Of a DNA stretch of 48,153 nucleotides, positions 17,095 through 24,605 are shown one piece after another (position 1 is the stretch's first letter; each line of letters opens with the position of its first letter). The stretch lies in contig DTRI01000396.1 of the NCBI GenBank assembly GCA_012966015.1, positions 1 to 48,153 on the forward strand, written 5' to 3'. The notes beneath the pieces are model-generated. The model ran no database searches. It worked only from the letters and a program-made list of their open reading frames with translations, and was not told the origin of the DNA. This DNA comes from Flavobacteriales bacterium (lineage in GTDB: Bacteria; Bacteroidota; Bacteroidia; NORP154). Both the position numbers and the translations under genes were made by a program.

Positions 17095-18066
17095 TTACAT
17101 ATAAGCAGGACAATGTCTGCTATTCTTTCCACCACCGCACTTGGGCCGTATCCCGATGATGATTTCATGAGAGTTAGAGCTGTATTGTTGGAGTTTTGAA
17201 AGGGTGTAGTCAAAAGCATAACCTATATCCAAAAAGTTACCAAGTGTAAATCCGACCATGCCCACCATGCCTTCCACTTTTCTGTATGAAATACCCAGCC
17301 AGATGATATTTCTCCAATCGGCCTTTACCGTTACATCAAAAGTTGCAGGCGTTATCATACCCATTCTTACGAGTGTAGAAGGTATTAGCGCGATATCATC
17401 ATTGATCATGTACTTGTATCCCAGGTGCAGGAATAAGTGTGTGGCCAACTTATTCTGCGTTCCCGTTAAGCTGACGGGTAGCACTTGCCGGGCGGCCAGT
17501 CCTGCATAAAAATCTTTGGAGTAGAGCCAAACACCCAAATTGGCATCCGGACTAATTGAGCTCAGGGAACTTACTGCCGGGTCTGGCGCGACTGCCGGCC
17601 TGAGCTCACCTGAGCTCACCCTAAATTGCATAACACCAATGGATAGGCCAACGCCTGCCGTTATATATCGGTTGAGTGGGATGTGAATGGCATATGCCAG
17701 GTGAGCACCCAGCTTTCCTATAGGCCCCGTATCATCTTTTATTACATAAGCGCCCAATCCCTGATAACTTGATCCTCCTCTTCTGTTATTGCTATTCTTG
17801 CTCTTCAATCTGCCGTGGCCGCTAATGAACATGGTCTGTGGTGCCGATTCAAAACCAACCCACTGCGTTCGATAGCCCAATTTTATTTCGTAACACTTTC
17901 TGCTTCCCGCCACCGCAGGATTCAGCATAAAGTTATTGAAGTAATACATGCTGTAATGAGTGACCTGCTGTGAGAACAAATCATTGGTAAATAATATACC
18001 AATCAGGATTATGGTATGTGCTAAATTCCTTTTCACTTTATTAAACAGTTTCAATATTCGGTTCAC
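17095..18066 (-). CDS. PorP/SprF-family type IX secretion system membrane protein
   Basis: 323-aa ORF. After the signal region it has the family-typical block QQVTHYSMYYFNNFMLNPAVAGS, and the remainder is beta-rich. It lies directly downstream of a type B CTD cargo gene. Confidence 0.85.
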   Translation of the reverse strand: MNRILKLFNKVKRNLAHTIILIGILFTNDLFSQQVTHYSMYYFNNFMLNPAVAGSRKCYEIKLGYRTQWVGFESAPQTMFISGHGRLKSKNSNNRRGGSSYQGLGAYVIKDDTGPIGKLGAHLAYAIHIPLNRYITAGVGLSIGVMQFRVSSGELRPAVAPDPAVSSLSSISPDANLGVWLYSKDFYAGLAARQVLPVSLTGTQNKLATHLFLHLGYKYMINDDIALIPSTLVRMGMITPATFDVTVKADWRNIIWLGISYRKVEGMVGMVGFTLGNFLDIGYAFDYTLSKLQQYSSNSHEIIIGIRPKCGGGKNSRHCPAYM

Positions 18067-18103
18067 AGCTCACAGCAACCAGTTCTTCAGTCTTCTAATA
18101 AAT

Positions 18104-18126
18104 ACCCATTACCCAATACCCATTAC
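18104..18126. repeat. Heptamer tandem array ACCCATT ACCCAAT ACCCATT AC
   Basis: About 3.3 units were read directly. The array overlaps the stop codon (18123-18125) of the upstream minus-strand gene. Confidence 0.6.
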
Positions 18127-19703
18127 TTAACAATCGTCACCGACCCATAGTGTTTATATCCCGCTGCAAAATTTTCTATAGCTACGTTTTCTATCACGTA
18201 ATAATAAACACCAAATGGCAGTGGTATTAGCCCTAAAGACGTGCCCTCCCATTGCGGACTCTCTGGCGTATCATATCCTGTTTGTTTGAACACAATGTCT
18301 CCCCAGCGGTTATGCACCTTCACTTCGCACTCCGGGTACAAGGATAAGTTCTTGATGTCCCAGGTATCATTAATGCCGTCCCCATTTGGGGAAAATACGT
18401 TGGGCACTTCGACGGGACAGGGCTGCGGCTGCACGGTCACAGTCGCCTGTGTCTGGCACCCCTGGCTATCCGTAATATCCACGGTGTACGTTTGATTAAC
18501 AATTAATCCAACAGCAATGGATGACGTTTGTCCGTTGCTCCAGGCATAGGTATAGGGCGATACCCCCCCCGACGTGACTGTTGCGGTGCCAATATAAATA
18601 CCGCTTCCTCCTGCGCAGTCCAGCAAGGCTGATATAGCCTCAGCTGTCATCGGAGCCTGATCTACAAGCACATAGGTTTCATTGGTGTCGCATCCGTTGC
18701 CGTCAGTTACGGTTACAGTATAAGATCCGGCACAGAGATTGGCAATGGTCGACGCCGATTGTCCGCTACTCCAGTTGTAAGTGAATGGAGAGACTCCCCC
18801 CGAAGAGACACTTACCTGGATAACGCCATCGCACACACCGCAAGATGGATCCGACTTAAAATCTAAATTAACTACAATTTCCGCTGGCTCACTCACCGTA
18901 GTCATTGTATCGAAAGTGCAGCCCAGTGTATCGGTAATAGTAACAGAGTAGGTGGTGCCGCCTTGTGAACCACATAAACCGGTTGCGGTAGAAGTCGTAT
19001 CCCCGCTGCTCCATAAATAGGTGTAAGGTGGTTGGCTTCCACCCATGGTTATTGTTGCGGTACCATCGCACACATTAAAGCAGGAGGCATCAGTGGCAGT
19101 AATGTTTCTCGTATAATCTGTGGCTTCATTAACGACTACGGTATTTGTTCCATCACAGCTGAGAGGATCAGTAATTGTCACATTATAAGTACCCGGGCAC
19201 AGGTTGGAAAACGTAAATAATGAGTCAACCGTACCGGTTTGGGTGGTGGTTGTCGAGGCGTTTTCAAAAATGTAGTCATAGGGGCTGCCTGATTGATCTC
19301 CACCTCCGCTAGCCCCTAAATTTACCTGTCCATTGCATTGGTTAAAACAGGCGTCAACACTTGTTAATGCGGCAACCAAAGCTGTTGGCTCGGTAATAGT
19401 GATGGTTACAACCGTGTCGCATCCAGTGTTATCTGAAACCGTTAGATTATAAATACCTGCGCAAAGACTTGGTGGAGTGAAAAAATCAGTTGTTGTTCCT
19501 GGGTCATCCCATAGGTATGTGTACGGCGGGGAACCTCCTGTGGGTAAACCAAACGTAGACGAATATCCATCGCAATCCCCATTGCACTCGACATTCTGTG
19601 TAATCATCGTAAAACTGATTCCGCACTGAGAATGTGCTGCTATTGGCAATACAGTTGCCAACAACACAAGAATTACGCTCTTTATGCTGGAATACAGATT
19701 CAC
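18123..19703 (-). CDS. SprB-repeat cell-surface protein with T9SS type B (gliding-motility-associated) C-terminal sorting domain
   Basis: 526-aa ORF with a GTG start and signal peptide. It has about 6 repeats of the pattern C-x-G-x-CDG...GG-x-PYTY-x-W...G-x-Y-x-VTVTD-x-x-GC. The C-terminal domain includes VPNVFSPNGDGINDTWDIKNL...GVYYYVIE. Confidence 0.85.
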   Translation of the reverse strand: MNLYSSIKSVILVLLATVLPIAAHSQCGISFTMITQNVECNGDCDGYSSTFGLPTGGSPPYTYLWDDPGTTTDFFTPPSLCAGIYNLTVSDNTGCDTVVTITITEPTALVAALTSVDACFNQCNGQVNLGASGGGDQSGSPYDYIFENASTTTTQTGTVDSLFTFSNLCPGTYNVTITDPLSCDGTNTVVVNEATDYTRNITATDASCFNVCDGTATITMGGSQPPYTYLWSSGDTTSTATGLCGSQGGTTYSVTITDTLGCTFDTMTTVSEPAEIVVNLDFKSDPSCGVCDGVIQVSVSSGGVSPFTYNWSSGQSASTIANLCAGSYTVTVTDGNGCDTNETYVLVDQAPMTAEAISALLDCAGGSGIYIGTATVTSGGVSPYTYAWSNGQTSSIAVGLIVNQTYTVDITDSQGCQTQATVTVQPQPCPVEVPNVFSPNGDGINDTWDIKNLSLYPECEVKVHNRWGDIVFKQTGYDTPESPQWEGTSLGLIPLPFGVYYYVIENVAIENFAAGYKHYGSVTIVK

Positions 19704-19747
19704 GGCTTTACAGGCGATTGCAATCTGAAATAGTAATAGATTCTGGT

Positions 19748-19755
19748 CAAAAATA
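19748..19755 (-). promoter_or_regulatory. Candidate -7 box (TAnnTTTG) for the SprB-repeat/PorP operon
   Basis: The minus strand reads TATTTTTG, ending 44 nt upstream of the GTG start at 19703. Confidence 0.3.
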
Positions 19756-19844
19756 TAAAAGATATAGTATGAGAATATACGGTTTTTAACGCGTTTTGAA
19801 CAATCGTTCGTTGCTTTTCAAATAATTTATATTTTTACCAACCG

Positions 19845-20948
19845 ATGAACAGGGCACTTATCTTCATTTGTTTTCTGATTTCTACCATGTACTGCATGGC
19901 TCAGGAAGGTACAGGTGATTCTACGACTGTCGATACAATTGTTGTGGCTGGAGGCGGCGCTGATACTGTTGTCGCGGCCTATGAAAAAATAGATCAGGAG
20001 GCGGAGGAGCTCTATAACCGTGGCATCAGTAAATTCCAAAAAGGTGCTACGCAAGCTGCCATCTCCGATTTTACGGAGGCGATTGCCATCAAACCAACAT
20101 TTACAAAGGCGTACTACAACAGGGGAAGCGCTAAACACGTACTCAAAGACTATAAAGGTGCTATCGCAGATTTTGACAAAGCCATTGCCAATGACCCACT
20201 TTCTGCGGCAGCCCACTTCAGCAGGGGGCAATCCAATTATGCATTGGGTAAAAAGCGAGACGCTCTCCTCGATTACAACCACTGTTTGTCGAACGATATG
20301 ACAAATGCCAAGGCCTACTATTACCGGGGAGGAATAAAATTCGAGCTGGAAGATTACAAGGGTGCGAAGATGGATTTCAGCCTGGTCATAAAAAATGATT
20401 CGAAAAATGCGAATGCTTATAACGACAGGGCCAGCTCTAAGAAAAAGTTGGGCGATGATGAAGGAGCGAAAAAAGACTACGCCAAAGCGGTGCAATTAAA
20501 TCCAAAATTTGCCATTGCCTATAATAACCTGGGGAGCGTAAAAAAGAAGCTCGGGGATTACAAAGGAGCTGTGCTGGAGTACAGCCTTGCAATAAAAATC
20601 AAGCCCGACTATTACATTGCACTGAATAACAGAGGCAGCGCCAAATTTGAGTTGGAGGACTATAAGGGGGCAATTGCCGATTTTACGGCATCAATTAAGA
20701 TAAAGACTGACTATGCCTACGCCTATAACAACAGGGCTGCTACGAAATGCAAGCTGGAAGATTATAATGGTGTGATTAAAGATTGTAACGTAGCCATTAA
20801 GCTGAACGCTAAATACGGATATGCCTATCTCAACAGAGGTATTGCCAAGGAAATGCTTAGAGATCCTGAGGGCGCCTGTGCCGATTGGACGAAAGCTGAG
20901 GAGTACGGAATAAAGACAGCGAAATCCTATTTACAAGATTGTAACTGA
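19845..20948 (+). CDS. Secreted tetratricopeptide (TPR) repeat protein
   Basis: 367-aa ORF with a signal peptide. It has about 9 consecutive 34-aa units of the form A(Y)YNRG..K..L.DYKGAI.DF..AI...P. Confidence 0.85.
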   Translation: MNRALIFICFLISTMYCMAQEGTGDSTTVDTIVVAGGGADTVVAAYEKIDQEAEELYNRGISKFQKGATQAAISDFTEAIAIKPTFTKAYYNRGSAKHVLKDYKGAIADFDKAIANDPLSAAAHFSRGQSNYALGKKRDALLDYNHCLSNDMTNAKAYYYRGGIKFELEDYKGAKMDFSLVIKNDSKNANAYNDRASSKKKLGDDEGAKKDYAKAVQLNPKFAIAYNNLGSVKKKLGDYKGAVLEYSLAIKIKPDYYIALNNRGSAKFELEDYKGAIADFTASIKIKTDYAYAYNNRAATKCKLEDYNGVIKDCNVAIKLNAKYGYAYLNRGIAKEMLRDPEGACADWTKAEEYGIKTAKSYLQDCN

Positions 20949-20951
20949 TAG

Positions 20952-23108
20952 ATGAGATTGCACCTTAACATACTGGTTATTTGTACACTGCTATGCTCGG
21001 CGGGGGTTGTTCGTGCTCAAAATGTAGAGTTTGACAAGAAGAACTTCAAGGACGACAAAAAAATGTTTAAGGAAGCCCGAAAAGAATTGAAGGAAGGGGA
21101 CGAGTACTTCGAATACAGTCGCTTTACCACGGCCCTGGGACACTATATAAAGGCACAAAAATTCAACCCGGAGAATGCCACACTTAATTATAAGGTTGGC
21201 AAATGCTATTTACGCACGGTTTCAAAGGTCAAGTCCATACCGTATTTGGAGAAGGCCTATAAGCTGGAGCCGGGAGTAAACCCGGAGATCCGGTATTTGT
21301 TGGGTGAAGCCTATCACCTAAATTATGAATTCGACAAGGGAATAGTAGAATACAAGGCATATCGCCTAAATATGGGTATAGACGATGCGAAGGAGAGCAA
21401 CAGGATGATGAAGATTGTAAACAAGAAAATAGAGGAATGCAATATGGGCAAGAAACTGGTGGCTAACCCAATTAGGGTTTTTATTGACAATATTAAAGCT
21501 GTCAATTCTCCATATCCAGAGTACAGCCCACTAATTTCTGCTGATGAGTCGGTTTTGATATTTACTTCGCGGCGAAGCAATACTACCGGAGGGGGAATGG
21601 ACGAAGGTTCAGACTTTCAATATTTTGAGGATGTGTATATGTCACGCATGGTTGACGGTGAATGGACCGCTGCCGTCAATTTGGGCTCTCCCATCAATAC
21701 GAATGAGCATGATGCTACTGTTGGCCTCTCTCCTGATGGCCAGAGCTTGTTTGTTTATCGGTATAAGATGAATGACGGTGGCGACATATATCAGTGTGAG
21801 CTCAATGGTGAGAATTGGTCTAAACCGAAACACCTGGGAAAAAATATAAATACAAAGGCGCATGAGTCTTCAGCTAGCTTTTCCAATGATGGGAGGACCA
21901 TGTACTTCGTAAGTGACAAGGAAGAAGGTGGAATGGGGGGCAGGGACATGTATATTTCCAGGCTTGACCGTGCCGATGCAAAAGTTGGCAGTAAGAAAAG
22001 ATGGGGCAGCAATTTTAATTTGAGCACCATGCTGAATACGAAGCACAATGAAGAAGGCTTATTTATGCATCCCGATGGCAGGACACTGTACTTCAGCTCT
22101 CAGGGTCATGAAACCATGGGAGGATATGATATTTTTAAGTCGGTGAAAGGAGATGATGGCCAATGGGGTAAGCCGGAAAACCTGGGATATCCCATCAACA
22201 CACCGGATGACGATGTGTTCTTTGTGATTTCTGCAAGTGGCAAGCATGGGTATTACTCATCTATAAAAAGCGAGGGGATGGGGGAGAAGGATATTTATAG
22301 AATTACTTTTCTGGGCCCGGAAAAGCCACCTGTGTTGAATACAGAGGATAATCTGTTGTCGAGCATTGCCAATCCTGTAAGTGAAACTGTAATTGAAAAA
22401 GTGGTGGAGATCAAAACTGTTGCACTGACCATTCTAAAAGGTACGGTTAGCGATGCGATTACGCTAAAGCCTCTTGAGGCAGAAATTGAGCTGATCGATA
22501 ATAGCAAATACCACAAGTTTGACAAATTGCCTTCTTCCGGCACAACCCTTTCTCCAATGGATGATGATGACAATCCAATTATCGCCACGTTTAAGTCCAA
22601 CGCCAAGACAGGAAAGTTTCTTGTGTCATTGCCCGCCGGAAAGAACTATGGTATTGCGGTGAAAGCTGAGGGTTACTTATTTCATTCTGAGAACTTTGAC
22701 ATCCCTAAAACGGATGGGTATTCTGAGGTAACTAAAGCGATACAGCTGAAAAAAGTAGCGGTTGGAAGCAAAATTATATTGAAGAATATCTTCTTTGATT
22801 TTGACAAGGCAACGCTGCGGCCGGAATCTACTTCGGAGCTCGAACGCCTGGTTAAGCTGTTGAATGATGTTCCCACGCTAAAGATTGAGCTTTCCGGCCA
22901 CACGGATAGCAAGGGAGCTGATGTATACAACCAGAAACTCTCTCAACGTCGCGCTAAGGCAGTGTTAGATTATCTGGTGAAGCACGGAATTGTAGCCGGA
23001 AGATTGACTTCTATAGGCGCTGGTGAAGCGGAGCCTGTCTCAACAAATGATACGGAGAAAGGCAGGCAGGAAAACAGACGTACCGAGTTTAAGGTTACCG
23101 CGAAATAA
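20952..23108 (+). CDS. OmpA-family envelope protein with N-terminal TPR, PD40/TolB-like beta-propeller repeats and C-terminal OmpA peptidoglycan-binding domain
   Basis: 718-aa ORF starting 3 nt after the TPR gene. PD40-like units include EYSPLISADESVLIFTS, SPDGQSLFV, SNDGRTMYFVS and HPDGRTLYFSS. The OmpA domain includes NIFFDFDKATLRPES...GHTDSKGADVYNQKLSQRRAKAV...NRRTEF. Confidence 0.9.
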   Translation: MRLHLNILVICTLLCSAGVVRAQNVEFDKKNFKDDKKMFKEARKELKEGDEYFEYSRFTTALGHYIKAQKFNPENATLNYKVGKCYLRTVSKVKSIPYLEKAYKLEPGVNPEIRYLLGEAYHLNYEFDKGIVEYKAYRLNMGIDDAKESNRMMKIVNKKIEECNMGKKLVANPIRVFIDNIKAVNSPYPEYSPLISADESVLIFTSRRSNTTGGGMDEGSDFQYFEDVYMSRMVDGEWTAAVNLGSPINTNEHDATVGLSPDGQSLFVYRYKMNDGGDIYQCELNGENWSKPKHLGKNINTKAHESSASFSNDGRTMYFVSDKEEGGMGGRDMYISRLDRADAKVGSKKRWGSNFNLSTMLNTKHNEEGLFMHPDGRTLYFSSQGHETMGGYDIFKSVKGDDGQWGKPENLGYPINTPDDDVFFVISASGKHGYYSSIKSEGMGEKDIYRITFLGPEKPPVLNTEDNLLSSIANPVSETVIEKVVEIKTVALTILKGTVSDAITLKPLEAEIELIDNSKYHKFDKLPSSGTTLSPMDDDDNPIIATFKSNAKTGKFLVSLPAGKNYGIAVKAEGYLFHSENFDIPKTDGYSEVTKAIQLKKVAVGSKIILKNIFFDFDKATLRPESTSELERLVKLLNDVPTLKIELSGHTDSKGADVYNQKLSQRRAKAVLDYLVKHGIVAGRLTSIGAGEAEPVSTNDTEKGRQENRRTEFKVTAK

Positions 23109-23682
23109 GCATTGGCGGTTCGCCTAAATATTCTATCCCCAACAATAGTTTCTGGTACAATTGCAATGGCCTGAATGGCCTCCACGGAAAATCATTGAAA
23201 GACTCGTGGGTGAAGAAGTAGCGAGATATTCCCGTATGTTCAAATTCTTTGAGCACATGAGCTTGAAAGTTCAAGGGTATTATCCATCCGCCCTGCAGCT
23301 CTTCTTCCCACTCCTCATAATAACAGTCATCGGAGGCGTGAAAGTTGAGCACATTTTCCCCAATGATAATAAATTGATTGACCCCCCTCTTCATGATAGG
23401 CTCAATCACATCTCGCTTGAAGAACATAATATCGTTGTGAATGCAGTCGTTCCATTCGCCTATCAGCTCGATAATGGCAAACCGTTCGTCATATTCGACA
23501 TATAGAATCTTTGCATACATCGTAGGCGAACCGAAGAAATCCCATTGTGGGTGAATGATATGGTCATAGATTTGATTAGAAAATTCAAATTCGTTGTACT
23601 CACGTCCATAAAAAGGAGAATTCGGATCCTCTGCGGACAGGTAGAGGTTTCTCCAATTAAAATATGGTTCGATCGTGTGCAT
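23095..23682 (-). CDS. Hypothetical cytoplasmic protein (no family assigned)
   Basis: 195-aa ORF with an ATG start and no signal peptide. It is Trp/Phe/Glu-rich. The central stretch FAIIELIGEWNDCIHNDIMFFKRDVIEPIMKRGVNQFIIIGENVLNFHASD is faintly STAS-like. Its 3' end overlaps the convergent OmpA gene by 14 nt. Confidence 0.6.
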   Translation of the reverse strand: MHTIEPYFNWRNLYLSAEDPNSPFYGREYNEFEFSNQIYDHIIHPQWDFFGSPTMYAKILYVEYDERFAIIELIGEWNDCIHNDIMFFKRDVIEPIMKRGVNQFIIIGENVLNFHASDDCYYEEWEEELQGGWIIPLNFQAHVLKEFEHTGISRYFFTHESFNDFPWRPFRPLQLYQKLLLGIEYLGEPPMLISR

Positions 23683-23776
23683 TTAGGGTCTTTTTACCTA
23701 TAAAGCTAATACGTAAAAATATTATTTATGTTTAAATATACCCTTAAGGAAATAAATATACAGATGGGTATGCGTA

Positions 23777-24586
23777 TTATTTGCTGTAGTTTTCAACAGC
23801 TTTTCTAACACTGCCATGGAGTAGCAGCAAACGTTTGGCCTCCTCTTCACTTACATGCAGGGCTTCTACAATCATCTTTGTTCCGCGATCTACCAATTTA
23901 TTGTTGCTCAGCTGCATGTCCACCATCTTGTTTCCCTGTACTTTTCCCAGCTGTATCATCACCGAAGTTGATATCATATTGAGGATGAGCTTCTGAGCCG
24001 TTCCCGCTTTCATTCGCGTACTTCCCGTAACGAATTCCGGGCCGACAACGGCCTCGATTGGATAACTGGCTTCAGCCGCCAGCGGGCTACCCGTGTTGCA
24101 GGTTATGGCTCCGGTGCTAATCCCGTTCTCATTGCATCGCTGTAGTGCACCTACTACATATGGGGTGGTACCTGAGGCAGCAATGCCGATAACCACGTCT
24201 TTACTGCTTACTTCCTTTTCCTGGAGGTCACGCCAGCCTCCTTCAGGATCATCTTCTGCAAATTCAACCGCCTTTCGGATCGCAGCATCACCTCCGGCGA
24301 TCAGTCCAATTACTTTGCCATGTTCCACACCAAAAGTGGGAGGACACTCAGATGCGTCCACAATACCCAATCTGCCACTGGTCCCGGCGCCAATGTAAAA
24401 CAGGCGGCCGCCATTTTGCAGCTTATCCACGATCACATCAACAAGTTTCCCTATCTCTGGAATGAGTCTTTCAATAAGAACCGCTACAGTTTGGTCTTCT
24501 TTGTTGATGTTGGTGAGCAAGTCGCTGACGCTCATGTTCTCAAGAGAGTCGTAATGTGAGTCGGATTCGGTGGTTTTCTTATCCAT
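23777..24586 (-). CDS. murQ: N-acetylmuramic acid 6-phosphate etherase
   Basis: 269-aa SIS-domain protein. Family-typical blocks are INKEDQTVA, GGRLFYIGAGTSGRLGIVDASECPPTFG and TGSTRMKAGTAQK. Confidence 0.85.
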   Translation of the reverse strand: MDKKTTESDSHYDSLENMSVSDLLTNINKEDQTVAVLIERLIPEIGKLVDVIVDKLQNGGRLFYIGAGTSGRLGIVDASECPPTFGVEHGKVIGLIAGGDAAIRKAVEFAEDDPEGGWRDLQEKEVSSKDVVIGIAASGTTPYVVGALQRCNENGISTGAITCNTGSPLAAEASYPIEAVVGPEFVTGSTRMKAGTAQKLILNMISTSVMIQLGKVQGNKMVDMQLSNNKLVDRGTKMIVEALHVSEEEAKRLLLLHGSVRKAVENYSK

Positions 24587-24605
24587 ACATCAATGGATAG
24601 TGCGA

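Noticed and set aside
19827-20495. A 222-aa ORF on the minus strand.
   Set aside because: It is antisense to the TPR-repeat gene, whose regular 34-aa repeats give strong coding evidence. The shadow frame has no motifs and would begin within the divergent promoter region.
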